Positions 48,101 through 58,888 of a stretch of 64,000 nucleotides of DNA are shown here, piece by piece (the stretch's first letter is position 1; each line of letters starts with the position of its first letter). Source of the stretch: Raillietiella orientalis (Eukaryota); assembly GCA_036172245.1 (NCBI GenBank), contig JAYWIR010000002.1, positions 124,001 to 188,000 on the forward strand, given 5' to 3'. Under the pieces are notes generated by a model. That model had not been told where the DNA came from, searched no databases, and saw nothing but the letters and a program-made list of their open reading frames with translations. Made by a program: the position numbers and the translations under genes.

Positions 48101-49477
48101 CCAGAATTCGCCTTTTCAGGGAGGGTCACGCAAAGGTCGCCGGGACAAGCATCTCACGCGCGTCCCGGAAGCGGGACGACTCCCGCTTCCGGGAGACCGG
48201 CGCACGGAGAAGACGGGGGTCGCTCTCGAAGGGGAGAAATCGCGCCCACCTTCGCTTCCCGGCAGAGCGCGCGCGCGGCATCCCAGGAACCGTTCTTTCC
48301 CGGAAAGACGGGTTCGCTCGGCGGGGAACGCCCGAGGGCAGCAAACCAGCCTGCTTCACGCCTGGCATCACCTTCCCGGCCCCGTTTTTTCGGACGAAGA
48401 GGCGACGGCTGCCTTCCGGCTCCTGGTTCCAGGGAAGAGGCGCTGAGGTGATGACCTCGAGGGCACTCCTTTCTAGGGTCACACCCTCGTGTCCCTGCCG
48501 ACGTGCTGCGCCCCCTCCTACGCCTTCGAGGGAGAGCGAGGTGTGGCTTCCCCCATGAAGTGGACGATGGCGACTTTCCCGGCAGCGTGGGTAGAGCCTC
48601 GTTGCACGGCGGAGGCATCGCTCGCGACCTAGGGAGGGGCGTGGACTTTCTTTGAATTTCCCCGGAGGTCTTTGGGCTTTACCGCAGGACTCTCCTTCGT
48701 CCCCTTCCCTCCCGCTCTGGCCGACTCTCCCTCTGGCTCACTGGCTCTGAGATCTCCCTCGCAATGAGCAGCCAGCGTCATAGAGACTCCTCCGACGGTA
48801 AGGCGATTCTCGGAGGCCTGCGCGCGCCCCGGAGGGCCGCGGGAGCCCTTTCTCGCGAGTTGCCTGAGCGCGCCCCGCAAGGGTTTGGCACGACTGGAGA
48901 TGTGTCGCCAGGGGGCAGCGCTCGACAACTCCGACGACGCTCCTCGAGGTTCCTTCCCGCCTTTTTGCCGCCACACCCGCGAGTCACGGTGGCAGCGAGG
49001 ATGGACGAGGTTTGCTGCCCCAGGGTTGCGACACGCCCTCCCATGGTGACGCGGGGCGGGACATTGCGGGAGAACGCCCAAGGGCGGCGGGCGGGAACGC
49101 TCGCGAAGGAAAGCCACCGTGGCGCTCATTCGCTCCTCCCTTCCTGGAGCAGACCCTCGGGATTCCCGGTCACTGGAAAGGAACCCCTTGAGGGGGGCAG
49201 TCAACCTCATGAACGTAATGGGGGATCCCTCCGTAGCGGAAAAAGGGTGGGGGCGGAGCGGCTCCACTTGCACAACCGGAGGGGGAGCCCTGATGGGCCC
49301 AAAGGGATAACTGGAAGGACCTCCGATGGTCCACTTCCAATCCCGGGGGCCACTCGACGGGGTTATCCGGTTTCCAACGCTCACGCATCTCCCACCGGTG
49401 CCGTATCCGAGACCCATGGACCAGTCAGCGTCATCCTGCGGAGGGGAGACTGGATTCCCACGACGCACACTCCCTCC

Positions 49478-49580
49478 CCCCATTCTTGGCGCCGATCCTT
49501 CACTGGGGGTGGATTCGAACCCACGACGCTCGTTGCCGCGCGAGCGGCAGCGACGCAGCCACGCGGCCGCCAACGCGGGT
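49478..49580 (-). mobile_element. tRNA-derived SINE-like repeat, copy 3 (most complete)
   Basis: Minus strand: cccgcgtTGGCGGCCGCGTGG (A-box-like) ...cgtcgtGGGTTCGAATCCacccccagtgaaggatcggcgccaagaatgg (B-box plus shared tail). No acceptor stem. Confidence 0.55.
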
Positions 49581-51577
49581 TCCTCCCTTTGGGAATACTT
49601 CCGCTTTGTTTCCCTCGAGGGCACTTTCACGACGGCTGCTCCTCGAACGCTCAAGGAAGGGAGAGATTGTTTGGCCGGTTCGCCGCCAGCGACGCCAACT
49701 GCCTCCCAGACGTCTTTCGCCGTCTTCGTGCAGCGTGGCCGGTGCTACAGTGACCTCGAGCTGCTCCCTTCCATCAGCTCCGGACCAGGGAATTTCTTCC
49801 TCCTTTCCTCCTCCCCCTTTGCTCTGCATCTTCCCTTCCGCTCCCCCTCCACCGCGTGTTGCGAAACAATGGCACTGAGTTCGCCGCTTCCTTCCAGAGG
49901 GCCTCGCGCTTGCCGAAAGGGCCGCGGGGGGTGCGCCTACGACCTGTTTCCCGGTGTTGCCAGAGCTCTCCTCCGCAGCGCAGCCCTGGGGAGGGCAGGA
50001 AGAGGAGGGGATGCTGAGACTCCGAGTGCGAGCTGGGATGCTACTGGAGAGAACGCCCTCCCGCGCAGAGTCCTGGGGGAAGCCCATTGGGACGCGGCGG
50101 CAGCCGCCCCAATTCGGGAAGCATGGGAAGGAAGCACATCCCTCCGCCTTCGGGCGATCCGACCCCTTCCGAGCGTCCCATGCACCCGCAGAGGCAAGTT
50201 CATGCGCTCAAGGAGGGGAGAGCGGGCGGGTGGCAGGTGGCAGGTCCCCCTTCTGGTTCTCCGTGATCCGGTCCGCACCAGAAACGAGAGCAGCAGTCCG
50301 AGAGGGTGGATTCCGAGGTCAGCCGCGAGCAACCGGCCGGTCAGGAGGCGGACAGCACTCTCTGACACGACGACGGCGCCTTAGACCTCCACATAGCTCG
50401 GGGGAGCCCTGCCGCTCCCTGGGGGAAGGTAGCATCGGGGGAAAGGGGGACGGGAGGTAGCCCGCCTCCTGGGGCTCCCGGAGAGGGAAGGGCGTTGAGC
50501 CGCTCTGCCAACCCCAACGAGCCTCCGGGAACGGCCCCTCCTTGTCTTCGGGGAGAGGAAGAGCCACCCGAAGAGGGCTGGGTGTCGCGAAGCGGCTCAG
50601 GCGGTCAGGAAGGAAAGTCCCAGGGGAAGGGGAGAAAGGGAGCCTGACTCCGCCACCTCCCACGCTCTCCGCAGGCTGAGGGGTGGGACAGGGTTGCTGC
50701 ACTCTCCCTCGCTCGCCTCCGGGACGGGAAAGGGGTGAGATACCTACCTCTCATCTCGGGGAGATAGGAGGGAGATAAAAGGGGGAGGGGACCGAGGGGT
50801 ACCCGCTGTCGCTTCCCGTCCTTTCCTTCTGCCCCGAGGCGCACACCCGGTTGGGGTCCGGGAAGCACGAGGGAGAGAGGGAACACCGCCCGGCGACGCG
50901 CCCAATGGCATTGCGACCTTCCGGCTTCGCTCGCTCGCGCGCGCGCAATTGCGCCCCGAGGGGTCCCGGCTCATTCGTGTGGAGGCGTGCGGCGTAAGTG
51001 GCGGCAGTCGTTCGCCCGCGCGCGCGCGCGGCACGAGCAGGTGAGTCGCGTGCGTGCGGGAAGGGGAGGGACTGGGCAGCGGCCCAGTTCGAGGGTCTCT
51101 CTCGGGCCCCGCGAGTCCTTCCACTCACTCCTCCACCCCCTTCGGGAGGATCCTGAGCGTGACGCCGTGCTCCCGCCCCAGCGACCCAGCCCGCCCCCCT
51201 TTTCCCAGAAGGGAGAAGGAAGGGGGTCTGCATCCCTCGCATGAGGATGGGGCAGAGGAGGGGGGAAGGGGCAAGGGAAGTCCTCCTCCTTCTTTTCCGA
51301 GAGGGGTGGATCCCTCCCCTTGTGTTGGTCTTTGGCGGCCGCGGGAGGGCACGCGCGGCGGTGCTGCCAAATTTCGGAGGCACCGCCCGTCCAAAGTCAA
51401 CAGCCCGCGCGCTCCCTAAAAATAGAACCCAGAGCCGCCGAGGGGAGCCCCGGGACGTGGATGCATGCGCCGCACTCCCCTCCCCCCTTCCTCCAGCTGC
51501 TGCTGCTTCCACCACCGGCGGCGGTCCATGATACGCGCCTCCCTCCGCCAGGTCCCCGCACCCTTCCTGTCCCCGGA

Positions 51578-52709
51578 ATGAAGCTGCGGGAAGACGGGGG
51601 AGGCGGCGGCTCCGGGAGGAGGACGCTGCGCACGCCCAAGTGTGCCCGCTGCAGGAACCACGGGGTGGTGTCCTGCCTGAAGGGCCACAAGAGACTCTGC
51701 CGGTGGAAGGACTGCCGCTGCTTCAGCTGTCTCCTGGTTGTCGAGCGCCAGAAGATCATGGCGGCGCAGGTGGCGCTGCGAAGGTGAGGAAACGCGCGGA
51801 CGCTCCGTAAGTGTTCGTGCTTGTGTGTGTGTGTGTGTGTGTGTAAGCGGGGAGGGGGGAAAGGGGGAGAGGAGTGGTGTTTCTTCCATCCCGCCACGGC
51901 GCAGGGACCGTAGAGGCTGGAGGGAACCTACCTCTCCCCGCGGGGCGGGGGGCGGGACGGAAGGACGGAGCTTCTCCATGCAGCTCAGAGATTGCGCGGC
52001 AGAGGAGCTGCTGATCGTCTTCACTCCTCCTTCCTTCGCTTGTAGGCAACAGACTGCGGACCACCTGCCCAGCCGCGGAGAGTCAGCAGCAGGGGCGGGC
52101 GGTGGGACCTGCCGGGACAAGGAGTTCCTGCTGGAGCAGAAGAGGCGCCACCATCAGCACCTGAGGGCCTTGCAGCACACGGCCGCCGCGAGAGCCGCGC
52201 TCCACGGTACGTCAACTCCAGGACGGACCCCCAGGGATGCCGCGTCCTGTAGGACGCGGCGTCCAGTCAGTGCGGGCGCGCGCGGGCCTCCGTAGGACCT
52301 GACCTGCCCTCCCACCTCCGACGTTGCAGGTCACCGCGACCAGGCAGCGACGGCGGCGTTCCTGGCCCCAACCTGCCGCGGGCTGCTCTGCGGACCGCCA
52401 CCGCTGCACCCCTCGGCATGGGTCCGGTCGCAGCCCCACGGGTGTTTCTCCGCGCTGCTAGCCAGCGGGCTGGTAGCCGCTGAGGAGATCGCCAGGGCGA
52501 GGCGCGTCGACCCGCCTCCTGCCGGCGTCCCGGCCGGAAGAGCCGTCGGCGACCAGCAGCGCCGAGCGCCGGGTGCCGCGGCGGCGGCGGCGGTGGCGTG
52601 GGACGAGGTGCGGCTGCCCAGCCGCTTCCGGGCTCCGTCCCCCGCGGACGCCCTTCCGAAGAAGGGCGAGCTGTCGTTTTCCATAGAGGCTATCATGAGG
52701 AGGTCGTAG
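51578..52709 (+). CDS. Dmrt11E: DM-domain transcription factor, Dmrt2/Dmrt11E subfamily, ~248 aa
   Basis: Exons 51578-51783, 52046-52206 and 52330-52709 are in frame. DM domain [54 protein letters not shown], then [16 protein letters not shown], then C-terminal eh1-like [12 protein letters not shown]. The start codon is uncertain (alternative ATG at 51461). A likely 5'UTR exon ends at donor 51040/51041. Confidence 0.9.
51823..51844. repeat. (GT)n microsatellite in Dmrt intron
   Basis: gtgtgtgtgtgtgtgtgtgtgt. Confidence 0.9.
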
Positions 52710-54825
52710 GGCGACCGCGCCCTGCGAGAGTGGCCGCCTACCGGCGTGGAGGAGGAGGAGGAAGGCAAGGGAGATCGCGAGCTGTGACCTAGCCCCCCCT
52801 TCCAGGCGGCGGGAAGTCGCAGCGAGCATCCCTCCGGATCGGTTCGCTTCCGGTCGCAAAGCTCGCCCCAGGAGCGACCCATGAAGCAGCGGGCCATCCG
52901 GACACTCGGCAAGGCCGAAGGCCAATGAACGAAAGAAACTGGGAACGCGCATGCGCAGTTCGCTCATCCCACCCCTCTGACCGGGAAAGGGGTCGTGAAG
53001 GGAAAGGGACGGAAAGGCAGGGAGAGACATATCGAGACCTGACGCCGTCTCGCGGGGGGGGGGGGGGGACATCGAAAGTGGGCGAGCGCTGAAAAAGATC
53101 GACGAGCAGCCCCGCTGGGGAGCTGTGTGATCTCCGAGCAACGGACCTACGAAGATGCAATCATAGGGAAATTTTCCTGGAGCTCCCCTGCTCCAGAGAG
53201 CTCCTCGGCGAGCAAGAGGGCGAGCCACGTGCCCTGCCCGCAGAGCCGCCTCCCTTCCTTCGCGCCACAGATGCGCGGCCCTCGGCAGCTGCCGCCCGAG
53301 AACCGGCCCACATCGGGCTGACCCCTCTCGGAGACTTCTTTCCGGCTCTCCTTTCTGCCAATACGGCACGAGAGGGCATAAGGGGGGGACAAAGGAAAGG
53401 GGAACAAAGAGAACAGATGAGGGCGTCAAGGCGACCAACTTTTCGATGCGGAGGTTCGCTGGCGCGCGACTCTGGCTCCTCGCCGGTGGCCCCTCCGGAC
53501 GTGAGGCAGCAGCATCCAGCGGCTCATCTTCTGGTCGGGAGAAGAGGTGATGTTGGGAAGAGCGTGAGGAGGGAGGGGGGGAGGTTGCGGCAGCCGAGGT
53601 TTCTCTTGGCAGGTAGGAAGGATCCCGTCGGAGGCGACCCGTGGAAGAACACCCTCGCTCCGTCCTCTTTCTGTGCCACTGCTTCTGCGAACCGCATGTG
53701 AGGGGGGGAGCAAAGAATGGTGCTCCCCTCCTCCGGCCGCACACCCGCCCGCAGAGCGGTAGCTCCTTGACCTCCGCCCCTCCCACCGGCGACGGGTCTC
53801 CTAGGCGGCGTCAGCCGTGGAAGAGGAGTGGGAGATGAGCCTCAAGACTCGCCTTCCGGGAACGAGAATCTCCCCAAGGGGATATGTCGAACCCCGGACC
53901 TGCTCCTCCATTCCCACGCACCCCGGGGGCCGCAGCAGTAGGCCAATCTCCGCGAACGGAAGCGGAAGAGGGGCTCCAGTGCTCGCGGTCCTGGATCCAG
54001 GAGGAAAGGAGGTTTGAGCACCGGAGACCGGGGAGAAACCCTCCCGAATCAATCGGGACCCCCCATCACCTAGAAGACATTTTTCTTGTCCCGCAGGAGA
54101 CTTCCAGAAGCGGGCGCGGTGCAAAGCTGGAGGGGGGCCACCAGGAAAGCCTTGATGTTTCGGACGCGTCTTCCAGGAGGGAGCCTCTTCCTGCCCTCCT
54201 TCACGACAGGGCGGGGATCTGACACGGTATGGCAAACGAGGGGTGACGTGGTGTCTGCCGACCTCGTCAGTTTCTTGCCCCCCTCCCCCTTCAGCCCTCG
54301 AAGCTGCCGGCCTCGCATCGTCTCGAGCCTACACAAGGAGGAGAGGAGACCTTCCATCCTCTCCCTTCTCCCCCCCTCTTTACTTCCTATTACCCTTCCA
54401 TCTCTCCCCTCACGGGAGTCCTTCTGCTAGACACTTTGGGAGGGACCATCGACGCCGCGGTTGCCAAGGTATCCCCTCGAGGGAGCGCTTCCTTGCAGGG
54501 CAACGGGGTGGCAGCGGAACGCCCGCAGAGAGGTCATCTTTTTACTCTATTCATCCCAAAGACACCCAACCGCCGCAGACTGCGCCCCTTTCCCTGACAA
54601 GGAGGGGGAGGATGGGCGGAGGGGCTGTCGGGAAGAGGAGGGATGAAGGGCCCAGGACAGGCGCGTTCCTGTCCCGGCGAGGCTTCAGGGCAGCTCTTCT
54701 CGGTCGGGTCCCTTCCCTAAAAGGGAGGGAAAGGCGAGGGCGAGAGTCACCCTTCCCTTCGGGAAGGAACAGCAGGTGGGTGGGCTCGGGGAAGATCCTC
54801 TATTCCCTGGAGCGCGCCAGCCTCA

Positions 54826-56469
54826 CTAGAGCGACTCCTCCTCGCTGGATTCCAGGAGCTGGCGGTTGAAGTCCAGGAACTGGGAGATTTCCGTGGTCGC
54901 TCTCCTGTTCCTCTCAAGCCCCGTCTCCTTGCGCATCTTCTCGAGATAGGTTTCCAGGGAGCTGTCCAGATGAGAAGCGAACCCGTCCTCCGCGCGGTCC
55001 ATGATCAGGTTCTGAAGCTCCTGGACGTCGGAGATCGCGTCCTCGAGAGAGTCGCCGCCGCCTGCTGCGATGTCTCCCTCCGGCAGCGGCAGGTCCTCGA
55101 GAAGAACGGCCAGGTTGGCGTCGCCGCCTTCGGGTTGCTGGATCGCGTCCCGGACCGCTTCTCTGAGGGAGGTCTGGTAGTCGGCCAGCTTCTCCCGTAG
55201 GGCGCGGAGCAGGTCGCGCACTTCCTCCAAGCAGGCGCCGTTGATCTCCTTGGCGTCCACCTCGAAGTTCTTCGTGGTCTCCTCCAGCCGCTCGACCGCA
55301 TGGATCTCCAGCCGGTAGAGCTTCTGACCGGTGCTCGAGAGGCGGCCGGAGTACTCCTGCACCCAGGAGGGAGGGAGGGTCTTCTGCTGCTGCTGTTGGG
55401 CGTTCGTCCTCGCCGCCTCGCCGTCGCCGTCGGAGGGTGAGCGGTTCAGGTCCGAGAGCAGAGCGGCCTTGTAGTCCATGAACCCGCCGGTGAGGGCCTC
55501 CGACCGCTCCCTGGTCCAGGACAGTGTCGAGCACACGGACCGCTCGAAGGCAGCCCTCCTTTGGCGCTGCCTCTCGGAGCAGAGCAGGCCCGAGTCGAAC
55601 GCCCTGGCGACCATCTCCTCGCACGAGGTCGCCCACCTCCCGCTCAGCACGGCGACGGAAGGAAAGCCTGCGGCCAGGCTCGCCAGCAGGTCGTGACACC
55701 CCAACACGCGCCCACTCAGCCTCCCCGGGGCGAAGTCCACCACCCCGGCGGTCACGTACAGACGCTCCACCTCGTCCCTGCGGGATTCCTCCTCGCGCTT
55801 CTCTTGCTCCCCCCTCTCCAGCGTGAGCAGGTTGAAGGCCGTCAGCCCGAACGTCCCCTCGGTCTCGCGCCTCTCCTCCACGGTGATCCGTCGATAGTCG
55901 AGGTACACCAGCTCTCCCAGCAAGGCGGCGGTATAGCGCGCGTACCTCGCGTCCCGGCACAGAGGGTTGCCCAGCAGGGTGAGCGACCTGAGGCGTGGGA
56001 GCCTTCGCAGGTAGACGACGGCGCTCTCGAGGTCGTCGAGACGGTTGTTTCCGACGGACAGGAAAATGAGCTTCGACAGGTTGTCCATGCTGCCCAGCAT
56101 CGCGATCCTGTTCTCGAAGAAGGACAGCTCCTCCAGGTTCACGAGATGGTCAATGTTTTCGATGCTCCTGATGAAGTTGAACGAAAGGTCCAGGTACTTC
56201 AGGTGCGGCAGGCCGTCTAGACCCTCGACCTTTTCGATCACGTTGTTGTTCAGCTCCAGTCGGACAAGGCTGGAGAACCTATGAAGGTTCTCTATCTTCA
56301 GGACGTTCCTGAAGCTGATACGCAGCGCCGCCACTTCCCTGTACTCGTTCTGGCAGCAGATCTGGTATCTCTCGGATCCCAGCTCGCCTTCCAGTATTTC
56401 GCGCAGCAGCGCCTCATTTATGACCTCCGGGTTGGGTACCTGGCTGTGCACGATGTCCAGGCGGAACAT
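54826..56469 (-). CDS. DRC3: dynein regulatory complex subunit 3 (LRRC48), single coding exon, ~547 aa
   Basis: From MFRLDIVHSQVPNPEVINEALL: SDS22-like LRRs (FRNVLKIENLHRFSSLVRLELNNNVIEKVEGL...LDLSFNFI), LRRcap GNPLC...LVYLDYRRI, coiled coils, and C-terminal RNRRATTEISQFLD. The ORF extension to 56961 is not conserved-looking. Confidence 0.9.
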   Translation of the reverse strand: MFRLDIVHSQVPNPEVINEALLREILEGELGSERYQICCQNEYREVAALRISFRNVLKIENLHRFSSLVRLELNNNVIEKVEGLDGLPHLKYLDLSFNFIRSIENIDHLVNLEELSFFENRIAMLGSMDNLSKLIFLSVGNNRLDDLESAVVYLRRLPRLRSLTLLGNPLCRDARYARYTAALLGELVYLDYRRITVEERRETEGTFGLTAFNLLTLERGEQEKREEESRRDEVERLYVTAGVVDFAPGRLSGRVLGCHDLLASLAAGFPSVAVLSGRWATSCEEMVARAFDSGLLCSERQRQRRAAFERSVCSTLSWTRERSEALTGGFMDYKAALLSDLNRSPSDGDGEAARTNAQQQQQKTLPPSWVQEYSGRLSSTGQKLYRLEIHAVERLEETTKNFEVDAKEINGACLEEVRDLLRALREKLADYQTSLREAVRDAIQQPEGGDANLAVLLEDLPLPEGDIAAGGGDSLEDAISDVQELQNLIMDRAEDGFASHLDSSLETYLEKMRKETGLERNRRATTEISQFLDFNRQLLESSEEESL

Positions 56470-57988
56470 CGTCCCGCGAGATTCAGAAGCCTTCCGCGCG
56501 ACTTCCGGAGCCCCCCTCCGTCCGCCGTCACCACCCGGTTGCGCACTCCACGTTCTTCCGCAGCTTGCCGGTGCCGCAATGCACTTGGAAGCGTGCAGCG
56601 CGCGTGCTCCTCGCAGGCAGCGAAAGGACACGCCGTCGCTTCTTTCTTTTTTCCTTTCCGCCAGGCAGCGTTCTTCATTCTTGCCGTCCAACAATGGTCG
56701 GCAAGAATGAGGAGTTCGTGGACCCGATCTGAGGACCAGTCCCGTCCTGAAGTCAAATCTCGAGCTCAGGATTCGAGCGCGGAAGGATCGTCGAGGTTGA
56801 TCCATGCGATGACGTCCATCGCGCGCATGGCAATTCGAAAAAGTGGCCAGTGTGGCCACTCTTGTGCATGGCCAGTGTGGCCAGCGCTGCCACCCCCTAG
56901 CCAGAATGCGCCACGCGAACGGAGCTGCCTTTGCGGGTTCGAGAGACCGTCCCGATCCCAAGATATGGAGGGAGCAGGAGAGGGCAGGATTCCTGAAGTG
57001 GAGGAATACGGGGGCGTTTCTATCGATTGTTTCTAAATCTTGAAAGTTTTTTTTTTTTTGGAAAATACAGTAGAGACTGCACTCTAGCTTGTTTCAAAGA
57101 ATCAGGCTCCCAGCCATTTAACCGGGGGTTCAGTTGTTGTTTACGCTCGTGCAAAAAGAGGTTTGATTTCGAACATTCATCTGTCCTTTTTGTGAAATGT
57201 GAAATGCACGCACCTCACAAAGTGTGTTTCTAAATGTTCAGCGCTTCACGGGTAAGGGACAACCACATAAGGGACGTCGCTGAAACCTCAAGGTGTAAAA
57301 ATCCAAAGTCTGAGAGGCTGAGGTGGCGAAGAGGCAGACATTCAAGGACACCAATACCAGGAAGTGGAACACGCTTGGCTTCGTTTCTTGATCGATGCAC
57401 GATGGTGCACAGGATGCTGGACTCCAGCACGCGGTCTCTCGTATTCAACCTACTCACTTCCGTCACACGGTTACATCGAAAGAAAAAATCGACATGCATC
57501 GAATTGCTGATTTTCGGTTGCACGCACTGAATGTACACACATAAGAGCATTTGCGCAGAGATGTCGCAAAGGCTCCCGGCGGGAGCTTCGTGGAGTGCTT
57601 GCCAATATATCACGAGTCAATAAAGAAACAAACTCCAGAAGTCACACTGTCCAGTGATTTTTCGAAATGAAACCGTGCGTGATGACTTTCGATGGAAGTG
57701 TGCAAATTTCCACTTCCCAGCCAAAGCTTTACGACCCGTAACCTCCGGAAACGCTGGCAACAAAACTGAGAACAAAAGGCTCTGACCTGAACAACCGGGG
57801 AAGTTGCAGTCTCGCTGCTGGAGGAAAGCACTGGAAAAAATCTCTCGGAATCTGTGAAGTACCGAGAGATGGACGCACGAGGGCGCCGAGAGTTCTGGTG
57901 CCGCCAGAGGCGCAAATCTAAGTCAACTCGGTTTGGCGTTTCTCATTTTATTGTTTCTGATGTTATTGCTGTACTAAAACTAGAACTC

Positions 57989-57989
<1 letters not shown>

Positions 57990-58032
<43 letters not shown>
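57990..58032. repeat. (TA)n microsatellite
   Basis: About 21 uninterrupted TA units. Confidence 0.95.
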
Positions 58033-58035
<3 letters not shown>

Positions 58036-58888
58036 ATATTCGCACTAAAAGGCAGATCGAAGCTCGCATGAACATGGGTCGGCTCTTCTGCTGCCTTTGC
58101 ATAATCGAGCAGCCAAACTTTTCCTGCAACCGCCATGGAAGACCTAATCACACACTGTGAAAACTCATGCCTATCACGCTCGAATCTTCTCCGTATATGT
58201 ATGTGCCTTCAGATATGAGGAGAGCCGATCTACCCAACAACAGCACCAATGGAACCACACTAAAACGATGCGGCCGCGATTCACTCCACGAAAGTGCTAT
58301 GAATTTCCACTTTCTTCCATTCTAATATCAGCTTTGGTTTAGACATGTTTTTTTTTTTTTGCATGCACCTTTATCCCAAGTACTTCTAATCTCTTTCTAT
58401 ACCTTGAGGAGAGACAAAAGAGTTAAGCATTAATGGCATTCAGCATTAGCACTATATAGATGTTTCTGGGAGATTCTAGATTACTTACTTACCTACTGAC
58501 GACAATTAAATACTTGACAACAGTAATTCGATTACACGAAAACCTAAATGTATACGAAACTCCATCCTACTTCTTCCAGAACAATCGCACGAAGTCTCTA
58601 TAAGGCATCCACGAACTGGATGTTGATTTGAAGTCTATCTAAACAAAGTTCTCTATATATTTCTAGTTACTTCTAGTTAAAAAAGCCTCTACATATCTGC
58701 TGCTCTCTATTTGTATGATATAGTAACCTGGCAACTTGCAGTACTGCTATACATAATGCATCCATCAGAAAATACATCGACCACTTGTTCATGTATTCCT
58801 TTAAGAAGCTTTTTAGCAGAGTAAATAAAGAAGGATTTCTCCTCAATGAAATAAAGGGACAAGTACAGGCAGAAATACCATGTTCTAA

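Larger units (their letters stand above)
41550..57020. other. GC/CpG-rich domain of ~15 kb
   Basis: Abrupt switch from AT-rich flanks to G/C-run and CpG-dense sequence. Boundaries were estimated by eye. Confidence 0.8.

Noticed and set aside
49500-49530. tRNA gene at GGTTCGAATCC
   Set aside because: No cloverleaf or acceptor stem. Better explained as a SINE head.
41858-50886. Many long overlapping ORFs (e.g. 44982..46385, 46713..47732, 48629..49654, 49326..50384)
   Set aside because: They are Arg/Gly/Pro/Ser-rich, occur in all six frames and have no domain motif. This is expected from stop-codon scarcity at high GC.
52458-53786. 442-aa minus-strand ORF overlapping the Dmrt 3' end
   Set aside because: Low-complexity GC artefact antisense to a real gene.
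54914-56220. ORFs 54914..55960 (-) and 55561..56220 (+)
   Set aside because: Shadow frames of the GC3-rich DRC3 CDS.
56470-56961. 164-aa N-terminal extension of the DRC3 ORF
   Set aside because: No similarity to DRC3. Family homology starts right after the ATG at 56469.
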